NCBI RefSeq assembly: GCF_001642725.1
Contig: NZ_LSUQ01000028.1
Span: forward strand, 1-34,431
DNA from: Ferroacidibacillus organovorans
GTDB lineage: Bacteria; Bacillota; Bacilli; Alicyclobacillales; SLC66
Direction of reading: 5' to 3'
Length of the DNA stretch: 34,431 nt
The translations under genes and the position numbers were made by a program. Every line of letters begins with the position of its first letter. Position 1 is the stretch's first letter. The notes beneath the pieces were generated by a model that ran no database searches, was not told the origin of the DNA, and saw only the letters and a list, made by a program, of their open reading frames with translations. Below are positions 18,624 to 26,116 of this stretch, one piece after another.

Positions 18624-18724
18624 GTTATGGCAGCGCGTTCGTAATGCGAATTCGGCGGCCAGCGTATTCTCGTGATGCCATCGGGTGTGCGCACAGGAAA
18701 GCCATTTGAAGGGAGGTGAGGGAG

Positions 18725-18931
18725 ATGGCGGTGGCAACGATTGAGGTGCAGGGGATGACCTGTCAGGGGTGTGTCAAATCGGTCACGAAGGCGCTGCAGG
18801 CGGTTGACGGGGTGACGTCGACGGACGTGAGTCTTGAGAAAAACCAGGCGACGGTGACCTATGAAGAAGGTAAAACAACGGTTTCGGATTTGAAGTTGGC
18901 GATTGAAGATGCCGGATATGATGTGGCGTAA
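18725..18931 (+). CDS. copZ: Copper chaperone CopZ
   Basis: 'GMTCQGCV' HMA motif, 'IEDAGY'; strong RBS GGGAGGTGAGGGAG. Confidence 0.92.
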   Translation: MAVATIEVQGMTCQGCVKSVTKALQAVDGVTSTDVSLEKNQATVTYEEGKTTVSDLKLAIEDAGYDVA

Positions 18932-18949
18932 GTGCAGTTTAAAACCGGA

Positions 18950-18992
18950 GTGGGCGTGCAGGTTCTCACGAATCTGTGCGCTCACGTTTTTT
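18950..18992 (+). terminator. Rho-independent terminator after copZ
   Basis: GTGGGCGTGCAGGTT / AATCTGTGCGCTCAC stem (with G-U pairs) followed by a T-run. Confidence 0.6.
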
Positions 18993-19078
18993 ATGTCTGC
19001 CGATCCTGATTGTCTGATAAACTAGACGTAGTTTTACGATTGCGATGTGTGGCACGAAAAAGGGGCGGAGGAAAACCT

Positions 19079-20167
19079 ATGAGCATTTTGAACCGGATTC
19101 GCACCATTTTGGCGGGCGAACGATATTGCTCTGATGAGCACTTGGAAGGTTATCACAGGATCGGGCAAGATGTGTACGTTCTTGAGATGGAGCTTTTGGA
19201 CGCGACAGAGCCGCATGCAAAAGCCATTGCGCGCGCCGCGCGCTGTTTTCAAGTGATTGGGGATGCGCTTTTGCAGGATGCGCGGGAGGATGATCAGAAG
19301 CGCTCGGTGGCGAGCATCACGCATGAGCAGGCGGAGGTATTGTACGGAAGGATTCCTGATCTCATGGTTGCCGCCAGACAGGAGGCTGCGTTTGCGGGGA
19401 GTGCCCGCGTGAGTTTGCCGATTCGACTTGGGAAACGGGTAGAATCTGGCCATACTGGTCCGTTGGAGCATTTAATTGGGTTGCAGCGCGCGGCGGATGA
19501 TCTGGAATCTCTACTGTCGTCGAAGATCCAGTTGGCGAGGTTGGAGGGTGACAAATTTAAAGAATCCATTCTTTTAGCAGAAGAGGCGCGAACGCGAAGA
19601 CGGACAGGGGATTCGACGGTAGGGAGACTGACGGAGGGGAAAAAGGTTCCGGCTGATCTGCACGAAGAGGCAGAAGAATCCTACTGGACGGCACTGTCTT
19701 CCTATTTGCTGGTTGCGCAAGGGCTCGAAGATCCGAGCGTTTTGTCGCATCCGGCGCGCGTGAGCAGCGTCAAAAGCAAATTAGACTCGGAGGATCGCTG
19801 GCGCATAACGTCTGAGTCGGCGAAACGAGAGATTCGCAGAAGTGGAGAATGGCAGATTGCAGAGCGGGATCTTGACGAATTTTGGGAGTCTCACCGCCTC
19901 ACGCAAGAAGAGCGCGAGTATGAAGCGACCGTAGAAAATCTGCTGCGCTCAGGCGATATCGTGGAAAATGGATACTGGTACTGTTGCCCATTCCAGTCTT
20001 GTTATCGTGTGGTGCAAGGTCCTGTGCATGTCGTGGGACATACCGTCAAGCAGCATCACGCATTTGTGTGGGAATACGGTGAAGATGGAGCGCGGGGCCA
20101 TTTTATTCAGGTGGAATCCTTCAATCGCGCAGACTCCCGGCAGTACTGTGGCGATGAGGATGAGTAA
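19079..20167 (+). CDS. Hypothetical cytoplasmic protein
   Basis: Long ORF with RBS GGAGG before ATG 19079; charged helical N-terminus, Cys/His/aromatic C-terminus (WYCCPFQSCY); no family recognised. Confidence 0.7.
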   Translation: MSILNRIRTILAGERYCSDEHLEGYHRIGQDVYVLEMELLDATEPHAKAIARAARCFQVIGDALLQDAREDDQKRSVASITHEQAEVLYGRIPDLMVAARQEAAFAGSARVSLPIRLGKRVESGHTGPLEHLIGLQRAADDLESLLSSKIQLARLEGDKFKESILLAEEARTRRRTGDSTVGRLTEGKKVPADLHEEAEESYWTALSSYLLVAQGLEDPSVLSHPARVSSVKSKLDSEDRWRITSESAKREIRRSGEWQIAERDLDEFWESHRLTQEEREYEATVENLLRSGDIVENGYWYCCPFQSCYRVVQGPVHVVGHTVKQHHAFVWEYGEDGARGHFIQVESFNRADSRQYCGDEDE

Positions 20168-20214
20168 ACCGTCAATCCTTGCAATTTCTCTCTCGTGATA
20201 AACGAACAATCCCG

Positions 20215-20265
20215 TCGCGATCCAGAGCGAGTGATCTAGCGCTCTCAGGATCGCGAACCATTTTT
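20215..20265 (+). terminator. Probable terminator hairpin
   Basis: TCGCGATCC-AGAGCG ... CGCTCT-CA-GGATCGCGA followed by ACCATTTTT. Confidence 0.5.
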
Positions 20266-20276
20266 AGCATGACGTG

Positions 20277-20308
20277 CACACACTTTCTTCACACTTGCGC
20301 GCTAGGAT
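20277..20308 (+). promoter_or_regulatory. Regulon motif copy 1 (SHOCT peptide-rusticyanin-like operon)
   Basis: CACACA-CTTTC-TTCACA-N9-TAGGAT. Confidence 0.8.
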
Positions 20309-20338
20309 GAAGCCAACAATTGAAAGGTGGGCTCTGAA

Positions 20339-20536
20339 ATGGGATGTTGTGGTGGAGGGATTTTCTCGCGTGGGTATCGTCAATCCTCTCAAAGGGCATC
20401 TGCGCCGATCAAGCAACAGGCGGATTCTCCGGTCGATACGTTAAAGAAACGTTTAGCGAATGGTGAAATCAGTGTCGAAGAGTATCAGAAACTTTTAGTC
20501 ATTCTTCAGCAAGAAGATGTACCCATGCGTCTGTAA
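20339..20536 (+). CDS. Small SHOCT-domain protein with N-terminal MGCCGG
   Basis: 'DTLKKRLANGEISVEEY' SHOCT motif; ATG 20339 after AAAGGTGG. Confidence 0.7.
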   Translation: MGCCGGGIFSRGYRQSSQRASAPIKQQADSPVDTLKKRLANGEISVEEYQKLLVILQQEDVPMRL

Positions 20537-20556
20537 TTGAAACGGGGTGTCACGCA

Positions 20557-21219
20557 GTGAAAATGGGACGATCCATTTGGCTGTGGGGGTTGATAGCCCT
20601 CGCAGGGTTTATCGTGTTGGCGGGCGTTTTCATGGTTGCCTTCAGAATGTACAGTGGGCAAGGCTATGGAGGCATGATGGGAGGCGGTTATGCAGCAACG
20701 GGGCCGATAGGATCATCCGTGGGAGGCGTGACCCGCCGAACGTCCTGGCTATCGAGTGCAGAACTCGCTACAACGATTCGCGTGGGGGAGCAGGCTGCAA
20801 GGATCGACAAAAAGACAAATCGCATCGTTTATCGCGGAAAAAACGTGAATCTTGTTGCGCTTGCCTCTCCGCACGGTGTGCCGAATATGACGTTTGAAGT
20901 CGATGGGTTGGTGAATCCAACTCTTGTCGTGCCTGCCCATGCGCGCATCACCATTGAACTTGTCAATACGGACTGGGGATACATGCACGGCTTTGAAGTG
21001 ACGGAGACGCCGCCGCCATACTCATCCATGGTGATGATGGGGATTCAAAATGACTTTATTTTGATGCCATTGCCGCCGCGCACGACGCAAAATCTCCAAA
21101 CCGCACAGTATGCAACCCGCACGGAGACGTTGACGCTGCCCGCAGGGACGTATCACTATTTATGCCCGGTTCCAGGACATGCGGCGACAGGGATGTACGG
21201 TCGTCTGATCGTAACCTAA
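20557..21219 (+). CDS. Membrane-anchored rusticyanin/sulfocyanin-like blue copper protein (copy A)
   Basis: 'FEVDGLVNPTLVVP', 'NTDWGYMHGF', 'GTYHYLCPVPGHAATGMYG' type-1 Cu ligands (His, Cys, His, Met) closely resembling the rusticyanin C-terminus. Confidence 0.85.
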   Translation: MKMGRSIWLWGLIALAGFIVLAGVFMVAFRMYSGQGYGGMMGGGYAATGPIGSSVGGVTRRTSWLSSAELATTIRVGEQAARIDKKTNRIVYRGKNVNLVALASPHGVPNMTFEVDGLVNPTLVVPAHARITIELVNTDWGYMHGFEVTETPPPYSSMVMMGIQNDFILMPLPPRTTQNLQTAQYATRTETLTLPAGTYHYLCPVPGHAATGMYGRLIVT

Positions 21220-21277
21220 CGTCAACTACCCACCACGGTAAATTCGTTGAATGTTTTTCTGAAGGGGGGTCTCTTCC

Positions 21278-21874
21278 GTGTGTGTCAATCACCCGCGCTT
21301 TACACGTTTTTATGTTTGGGGGCAGCGGTACGTAGAACAGGCTGTTGGGGAAATCAGGGAAAAGCAGAACAGCAAAGCCTACGGGAGAACGCTCATTGTA
21401 GGTGCGGGTACGGGTTTAGACATTTCCACACTCGGTTCAAAGGTGAGCGAAATTACGTTGCTTGAGCCAGATGCACACATGCGCACCTACTTAAAACAAA
21501 CCTATGATTCTCTCCCTTTGATTCCATCGACGGCCGAAAACATGGATGTGGGGGACGGGCAGTTCGATACAGTGATAACCAGTCTCGTACTGTGTTCTGT
21601 GACAAATGTGCGGCAAGTCTTATCTGAAATTTACCGCGTGCTAAAGCCCGGTGGACAGTATCTTTTCATGGAACACGTGCAGCACAATGAGGCTGTTTCC
21701 CGCATGGTACAAAATTCATTGAACCCCGTTTGGCAACACATTGCAGGCGGCTGTCAGCTAAATCGGAAGATTGCTGATGACATAAACGCCTCTGCCTTCA
21801 CCACCATCGAATGCAGTCTTGTAAAACCCCATTTCCTCATTCCGATCATCGCGGGACAGGCTATACGCATTTGA
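21278..21874 (+). CDS. Class I SAM-dependent methyltransferase
   Basis: 'IVGAGTG', 'FDTVITSLVLCSV', 'RVLKPGGQYLFMEH'. Confidence 0.88.
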   Translation: MCVNHPRFTRFYVWGQRYVEQAVGEIREKQNSKAYGRTLIVGAGTGLDISTLGSKVSEITLLEPDAHMRTYLKQTYDSLPLIPSTAENMDVGDGQFDTVITSLVLCSVTNVRQVLSEIYRVLKPGGQYLFMEHVQHNEAVSRMVQNSLNPVWQHIAGGCQLNRKIADDINASAFTTIECSLVKPHFLIPIIAGQAIRI

Positions 21875-22136
21875 TCGCGCCGAGCAAACCCTCCTCATGA
21901 CCACTGACCCAGCATCGAACCTGGGCGATCTGTTTGATTTGTCTTTGTCAGGATGTACTGGATTTTCAAGGGGGTTGAATATGCCGCACGCTATGGAGAA
22001 CTAGGCCAAGATTTATAAGGCGAAGCTAAATCGCAAGCGGTCCATGTTGTCTTTTGAGTACATTGGGTACCTTGAATTTGCTACCTAACCTCAATGTAAA
22101 TCGCTTTAGAGAGGCATCTTACATCGGGGATAACAG

Positions 22137-22820
22137 CTATAGCGTACGTTGCAAATGAACCCACAGAAGATGGATCTGTAGTTCTGCGATGGATAGCCAT
22201 TGCTGACCGTAATCGACAATGGCTAAACGGAGCTGCACAGGGATTCGCTTTCCGTTAGGTTCTGTGATACTCGTGACTGCCAGCGGAGGAGTTTGAGGAA
22301 ACGCACCTGTTCGTGGAATCGCGTGGGCATTCATGGCAACGTAGCACAGTTGGGGAAAGATTACACACCACCAATTATGTCCTTGCCCTTTTCCTAGAAC
22401 AATGCGCAATGCCTCATAATTACCAGCTGGGAAGACGTGATTGCCATAGAATTTTCTTGGAAACCATGTCATTCCAAAGGTCGTTGTGCTGTTGTAAGTG
22501 ATCCCCATATGATTTAGATCGTCATGAATCAACGGATTGATCTTTGATATGTCGCGCTGAATTTCTAGTGCGGTTTGACTGTATGTGAGATGTTTCGGAA
22601 GATGTTGAGACAGAAAGGTTAATACGTGATCGCGTATCGCCAGTTTAACACGTTGATCGTGTGGGGTATTGCTATTTGCGATGATGCGAATCCGAATGGC
22701 ATTCGCAGGCAGAGGGGATGACGGGAGAGAAGCAAGGGCAAAGAGTGGACGAAACGAAAATTGATGGAGCAGCCCGAACAGACATACGCCAACAAATGTG
22801 AAAATCACCCCCCGCCTCAT
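22137..22820 (-). CDS. spoIIR: Stage II sporulation protein R
   Basis: 'AIRIRIIANSN..DQRVKLAIRD', 'FPRKFYGNHVFPAGNYEALRIVLGKGQGHNWWCVIFPQLC'; signal peptide; RBS AAGGGGGGTGA. Confidence 0.92.
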   Translation of the reverse strand: MRRGVIFTFVGVCLFGLLHQFSFRPLFALASLPSSPLPANAIRIRIIANSNTPHDQRVKLAIRDHVLTFLSQHLPKHLTYSQTALEIQRDISKINPLIHDDLNHMGITYNSTTTFGMTWFPRKFYGNHVFPAGNYEALRIVLGKGQGHNWWCVIFPQLCYVAMNAHAIPRTGAFPQTPPLAVTSITEPNGKRIPVQLRLAIVDYGQQWLSIAELQIHLLWVHLQRTL

Positions 22821-22861
22821 GTTCTCACCCCCCTTTTCATTCAAAAAAACCTGGTAGGTGG

Positions 22862-22891
22862 AAGTGTGGCCAGTTCAGGAGCTAGATATAC
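22862..22891 (-). promoter_or_regulatory. SigmaF-type (forespore) promoter of spoIIR
   Basis: Minus strand GTATA-15 bp-GGCCACACT fits the sigmaF consensus GYATA-15-GGnnAnAHT. Confidence 0.7.
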
Positions 22892-22920
22892 GTGAGAGTC
22901 ATAGGAAACTCAATTGGATC

Positions 22921-22952
22921 TGCATACTTTCTTCACAGTTGGTCTCTATGAT
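22921..22952 (+). promoter_or_regulatory. Regulon motif copy 2 (rusticyanin-like copy B)
   Basis: TGCATA-CTTTC-TTCACA-N9-TATGAT. Confidence 0.8.
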
Positions 22953-22977
22953 GACTGTGAAAGGGAGGAATGCAGTG

Positions 22978-23775
22978 ATGAAAAGAAAAGGTTGGATCAT
23001 TCCTGTGATCGCTGGTTTGTCTGTGTTGATGATTGGCAGTGGGGCGTTTGCGGCGACGGTTTCGCAAACAAACCGCATGACTTTTCAGGGAACACATACG
23101 AGCCATGGATTAACGGGTACTGTGGGTGTGATGGGTGACAGAAGCAGCGGAAGTGGCGCCGCGAGCGCGCTGGGCGGCGGATACGGCATGATGGGCGGCG
23201 GAAGTGGCGCCGCGGGCAGGATGGGCGGTGGATACGGTAGGATGGGTGGCGGAAGTGGAACTGCGAGTCGGATGGGCGGTAGGATGAACGCTTATTCTTC
23301 ACTTGACAGTAGTGCCTCGCTGAATCAACAGATTGCGCTGGGAAAGCAGGGAGCCGTGATCGATCAAAAGACCAATACGATCACGTACAGCGGTGGGTCG
23401 ATTAACCTGGTTGCGCTCGCATCGCCGCACGGGGAACCGAATATGACGTGGGAGATCGATGGATTGGTGAATCCCACAATCATCGTGCCTTCCAGTGCAA
23501 ATGTTCAAGTTACCTTGGTGAATACGGACTGGGGATATATGCACGGATTTGAGGTGACGTCAACCGCACCACCGTATGGCATTATGGCGATGATGAGTGT
23601 GAATAGCGATTTTCTATTGATGCCGCTGCCTGAACGAACAACCAAGGCGCTTGCCACAGCGCGTTATGATACGCGATCTGGGCAGTTGCATTTGAGTAAA
23701 GGGACGTATCACTATCTATGTCCGATGCCCGGTCACGCCAATCAGGGTATGTACGGAACACTAAAAGTCGTTTAA
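22978..23775 (+). CDS. Secreted rusticyanin/sulfocyanin-like blue copper protein (copy B) with Gly/Met-rich repeat linker
   Basis: Signal peptide (...GAFA), 'NTDWGYMHGF', 'GTYHYLCPMPGHANQGMYG'; clear paralog of 20557-21219; RBS AAGGGAGG. Confidence 0.85.
   Translation: MKRKGWIIPVIAGLSVLMIGSGAFAATVSQTNRMTFQGTHTSHGLTGTVGVMGDRSSGSGAASALGGGYGMMGGGSGAAGRMGGGYGRMGGGSGTASRMGGRMNAYSSLDSSASLNQQIALGKQGAVIDQKTNTITYSGGSINLVALASPHGEPNMTWEIDGLVNPTIIVPSSANVQVTLVNTDWGYMHGFEVTSTAPPYGIMAMMSVNSDFLLMPLPERTTKALATARYDTRSGQLHLSKGTYHYLCPMPGHANQGMYGTLKVV
23147..23287 (+). repeat. 51-bp coding tandem repeat (~2.7 copies) encoding GSGAAxxMGGGYGxMGG
   Basis: GCGGAAGTGG recurs at 23147, 23198 and 23249. Confidence 0.85.
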
Positions 23776-23881
23776 TTTTTGCTCCATCGCATAGAGAACC
23801 GCGCAGGGACGGCAAAGGCACATTCGTGTCCAGTCCGCTTGCGCGGTTCGAATTTTAAAAATGCATCTTTCTTAGGGGGGA

Positions 23882-24199
23882 GTGAACGTGAGACGTTTGG
23901 ATTGGATGATTGCCAGTGGATTTGTTCTGTTGGGTCTTTTGTGTTTGATGATCGCCGGTGAAATCTTTGTAAGCGATCCAATGATGGCTGGAATGATGGG
24001 AGCGAATCCTAAGAGCAGCGCGCTATTTATCGTTATTCTCATACTATTTGTCATGATGGTTATGGTCTTGTTGGTGCGAATGAATCTTGATAAAAAGAAC
24101 GCTCCATCGGTGCGCTGTCTACATTGCAGTCAACGCTTAAAGTCGGAATGGCGTGTGTGTCCTTATTGCGGTCAGCATCGATCGCAGATTTGGGAATAG
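23882..24199 (+). CDS. Two-TM Met-rich membrane protein with C-terminal zinc ribbon
   Basis: Loop 'PMMAGMMG' between TMs; 'CLHC...WRVCPYCG'. Confidence 0.75.
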   Translation: MNVRRLDWMIASGFVLLGLLCLMIAGEIFVSDPMMAGMMGANPKSSALFIVILILFVMMVMVLLVRMNLDKKNAPSVRCLHCSQRLKSEWRVCPYCGQHRSQIWE

Positions 24200-24209
24200 A
24201 TCAGGCTTC

Positions 24210-24241
24210 TCCATACATTCTTCACAGGTAGGCGATAAAGT
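24210..24241 (+). promoter_or_regulatory. Regulon motif copy 3 (peroxiredoxin)
   Basis: TCCATA-CATTC-TTCACA-N9-TAAAGT. Confidence 0.8.
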
Positions 24242-24264
24242 ATGTACAAACGAAGACAGGAGAG

Positions 24265-24921
24265 ATGTTGTTTATGTCAGAAGTGCAGCAATTGCCGAGA
24301 TTGAATGAATTAGCACCAGATTTTGAAGCGAACACGACGCAAGGAAAACTAAAATTGAGTGATTTTCACGGGAAGTGGGTGGTTCTTTTTTCCCATCCAG
24401 CTGATTTTACGCCTGTGTGTTCGACGGAGTTCGGATCATTCGCTTCGAAAACGGAAGAGTTTGCAAAGCGCAATGTCCAATTAATCGGGCTGTCTGTAGA
24501 CGGTGTGCAGGCGCATTTGGCATGGATTCGCGACATTGAAGAGATTTTTTTACACAAGGTTACGTTTCCGGTGATTGCTGATTTGGATATGAAGGTATCA
24601 AGCTTATACGGAATGATTCATCCTGGTGCAAGCAGTACGGCGGCGGTTCGCTCGGTGTTCATCATGGATGACAAAGGGATCATGCGAGCGATGATTTACT
24701 ACCCGATGAATGCGGGACGCAATATATCAGAGATCATCCGTGTCATTGATGCGCTGCAAACGGCGGATCAATACGGCGTCTCGACACCTGCGGATTGGAC
24801 GCCTGGGGGAGAGGTCGTCGTGGCTCCCCCTGCGCAACAAGGCGCGATCAAGACACAGGAGGAAGAAGAAGCTCAAGGCTACGATTATAAACGTTGGTAC
24901 CTGCGCTTTAAAAATCTTTGA
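24265..24921 (+). CDS. Peroxiredoxin (Prx6/1-Cys type)
   Basis: 'FSHPADFTPVCSTE', 'YYPMNAGRN', 'TPADW'. Confidence 0.92.
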   Translation: MLFMSEVQQLPRLNELAPDFEANTTQGKLKLSDFHGKWVVLFSHPADFTPVCSTEFGSFASKTEEFAKRNVQLIGLSVDGVQAHLAWIRDIEEIFLHKVTFPVIADLDMKVSSLYGMIHPGASSTAAVRSVFIMDDKGIMRAMIYYPMNAGRNISEIIRVIDALQTADQYGVSTPADWTPGGEVVVAPPAQQGAIKTQEEEEAQGYDYKRWYLRFKNL

Positions 24922-24941
24922 TTTAAGAGGGGACATCGATC

Positions 24942-24975
24942 GCCCACCTGTCGCTTTGGAGACGGGTGGGCTTTT
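24942..24975 (+). terminator. Rho-independent terminator
   Basis: GCCCACCTGTC ... GACGGGTGGGC stem followed by TTTT. Confidence 0.7.
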
Positions 24976-25023
24976 GTATGTTCTAAAACGTATGCCCATT
25001 GTGGATGTGGCACATTCGTGATA

Positions 25024-25055
25024 CCCTTCATTCAAACCGATGTTTGAATGAAGGG
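25024..25055. promoter_or_regulatory. CadC-type operator
   Basis: Perfect 14-bp inverted repeat CCCTTCATTCAAAC-cgat-GTTTGAATGAAGGG with a TCAAA-N6-TTTGA core, directly before the ArsR gene. Confidence 0.8.
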
Positions 25056-25057
25056 GA

Positions 25058-25435
25058 ATGATGATGAATAAGCGGGACATGTGTCAAGTCGAATGTGTGG
25101 ATATGTCAAAGGTGGAGAGGCTTCGCTCTGTCATTCCGGAGACCGCTTCACCGTCTATGGTTTTCAAAGCCCTTGCAGATGGCACACGTCTCAAAGTGGC
25201 CTATGCTCTGGCAGAGGATGAACTGTGTGTCTGTGAGGTTGCAGCATTACTCGATACGACAGTTCAAAACGCGTCGCATCACCTCCGGCGGCTTAAAAGC
25301 GCAGGGCTCGCATCCTATCGGAAAGAGGGGAAACTCGTCTACTACAGACTGTCACCAGCGGCGTCTCTCGTTTTGAATTCAGTAAAGCAAGGTCAAGGGG
25401 GCGAAAAGGTTGTCAGTGAAAGCGTTGCAGGTTAA
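25058..25435 (+). CDS. ArsR/SmtB-family metalloregulator, CadC-like
   Basis: N-terminal 'CQVEC' plus 'ELCVCE' (alpha3N site); 'ASHHLRRLK', 'GKLVYY'. Confidence 0.85.
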   Translation: MMMNKRDMCQVECVDMSKVERLRSVIPETASPSMVFKALADGTRLKVAYALAEDELCVCEVAALLDTTVQNASHHLRRLKSAGLASYRKEGKLVYYRLSPAASLVLNSVKQGQGGEKVVSESVAG

Positions 25436-26048
25436 AAAAGGAATCAACATTGAGATTGTCAGCATTCTTTGGATGCTGGTTGAAGCGGCGGTGGCCATCC
25501 GCGCTGGAATCATTGCTCATTCATTGGCACTTAAGGCGTTTGGGGCAGATAGTATCATTGAATTGGTGGCAAGTGCGATCCTTCTCTGGCGGCTCTATGT
25601 TGAGTCAAGTGGTGCAAGCCTTGCACGGGTAAAGCAGGCCGAGAAGAGGGCTTCATGGGTTGTCGGAGTCGCTTTGCTTGCACTGGCTGGTTACATCGTT
25701 GTCTCAGCCGCATTCGACCTGTGGACACGTTCCGGCTCGGAAAAAAGCATGCTAGGTCTCGCACTTGCCATCGCTTCGGGGATGATTATGCCGTACTTGT
25801 CACGTGAGAAAAAAAGAATTGGTACGGAAATCGGCAGCAAAGCCCTTCGCGCCGACGGCTCATGTAGCATCGTATGTGCGTACATGGCGTGGACATTGAT
25901 CGTAGGACTCGTTTTGACCGCTCTGGTCGGCTGGTGGTGGCTGAATGCCCTGGCTGGCTTGGCATTGGTTTATTTTGTGGTCAAAGAGGGGATTGAAGCC
26001 ATTCAAGAGGCGCGCGGCGTCGAGGATGCCTGTGGGTGTGGTCATTGA
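25410..26048 (+). CDS. Short cation-efflux (CDF-like) transporter lacking the cytoplasmic C-terminal domain
   Basis: 'SLALKAFGADSIIE', 'GSKALRADG', about 6 TM, C-terminal 'CGCGH'. Confidence 0.75.
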   Translation: MSVKALQVKKGINIEIVSILWMLVEAAVAIRAGIIAHSLALKAFGADSIIELVASAILLWRLYVESSGASLARVKQAEKRASWVVGVALLALAGYIVVSAAFDLWTRSGSEKSMLGLALAIASGMIMPYLSREKKRIGTEIGSKALRADGSCSIVCAYMAWTLIVGLVLTALVGWWWLNALAGLALVYFVVKEGIEAIQEARGVEDACGCGH

Positions 26049-26060
26049 TCGAGAAGTTCC

Positions 26061-26092
26061 TCCATACTTTCTTCACAAATTCCGGATATGCT
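26061..26092 (+). promoter_or_regulatory. Regulon motif copy 4 (multi-pass membrane protein)
   Basis: TCCATA-CTTTC-TTCACA-N9-TATGCT. Confidence 0.8.
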
Positions 26093-26116
26093 CCTGCTAT
26101 TGTCTAAAAGAGGTGT

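Noticed and set aside
16245..18737. Long minus-strand ORFs (391 and 421 aa)
   Set aside because: Antisense shadows of GC-rich copA with no recognisable motifs.
21875..22136. Possible gene remnant between the methyltransferase and spoIIR
   Set aside because: Only short interrupted frames with no recognisable motif.
20557..23775. Calling the region an iron-oxidation (rus) operon
   Set aside because: No cytochrome c, Cyc2 or terminal oxidase genes in the window.
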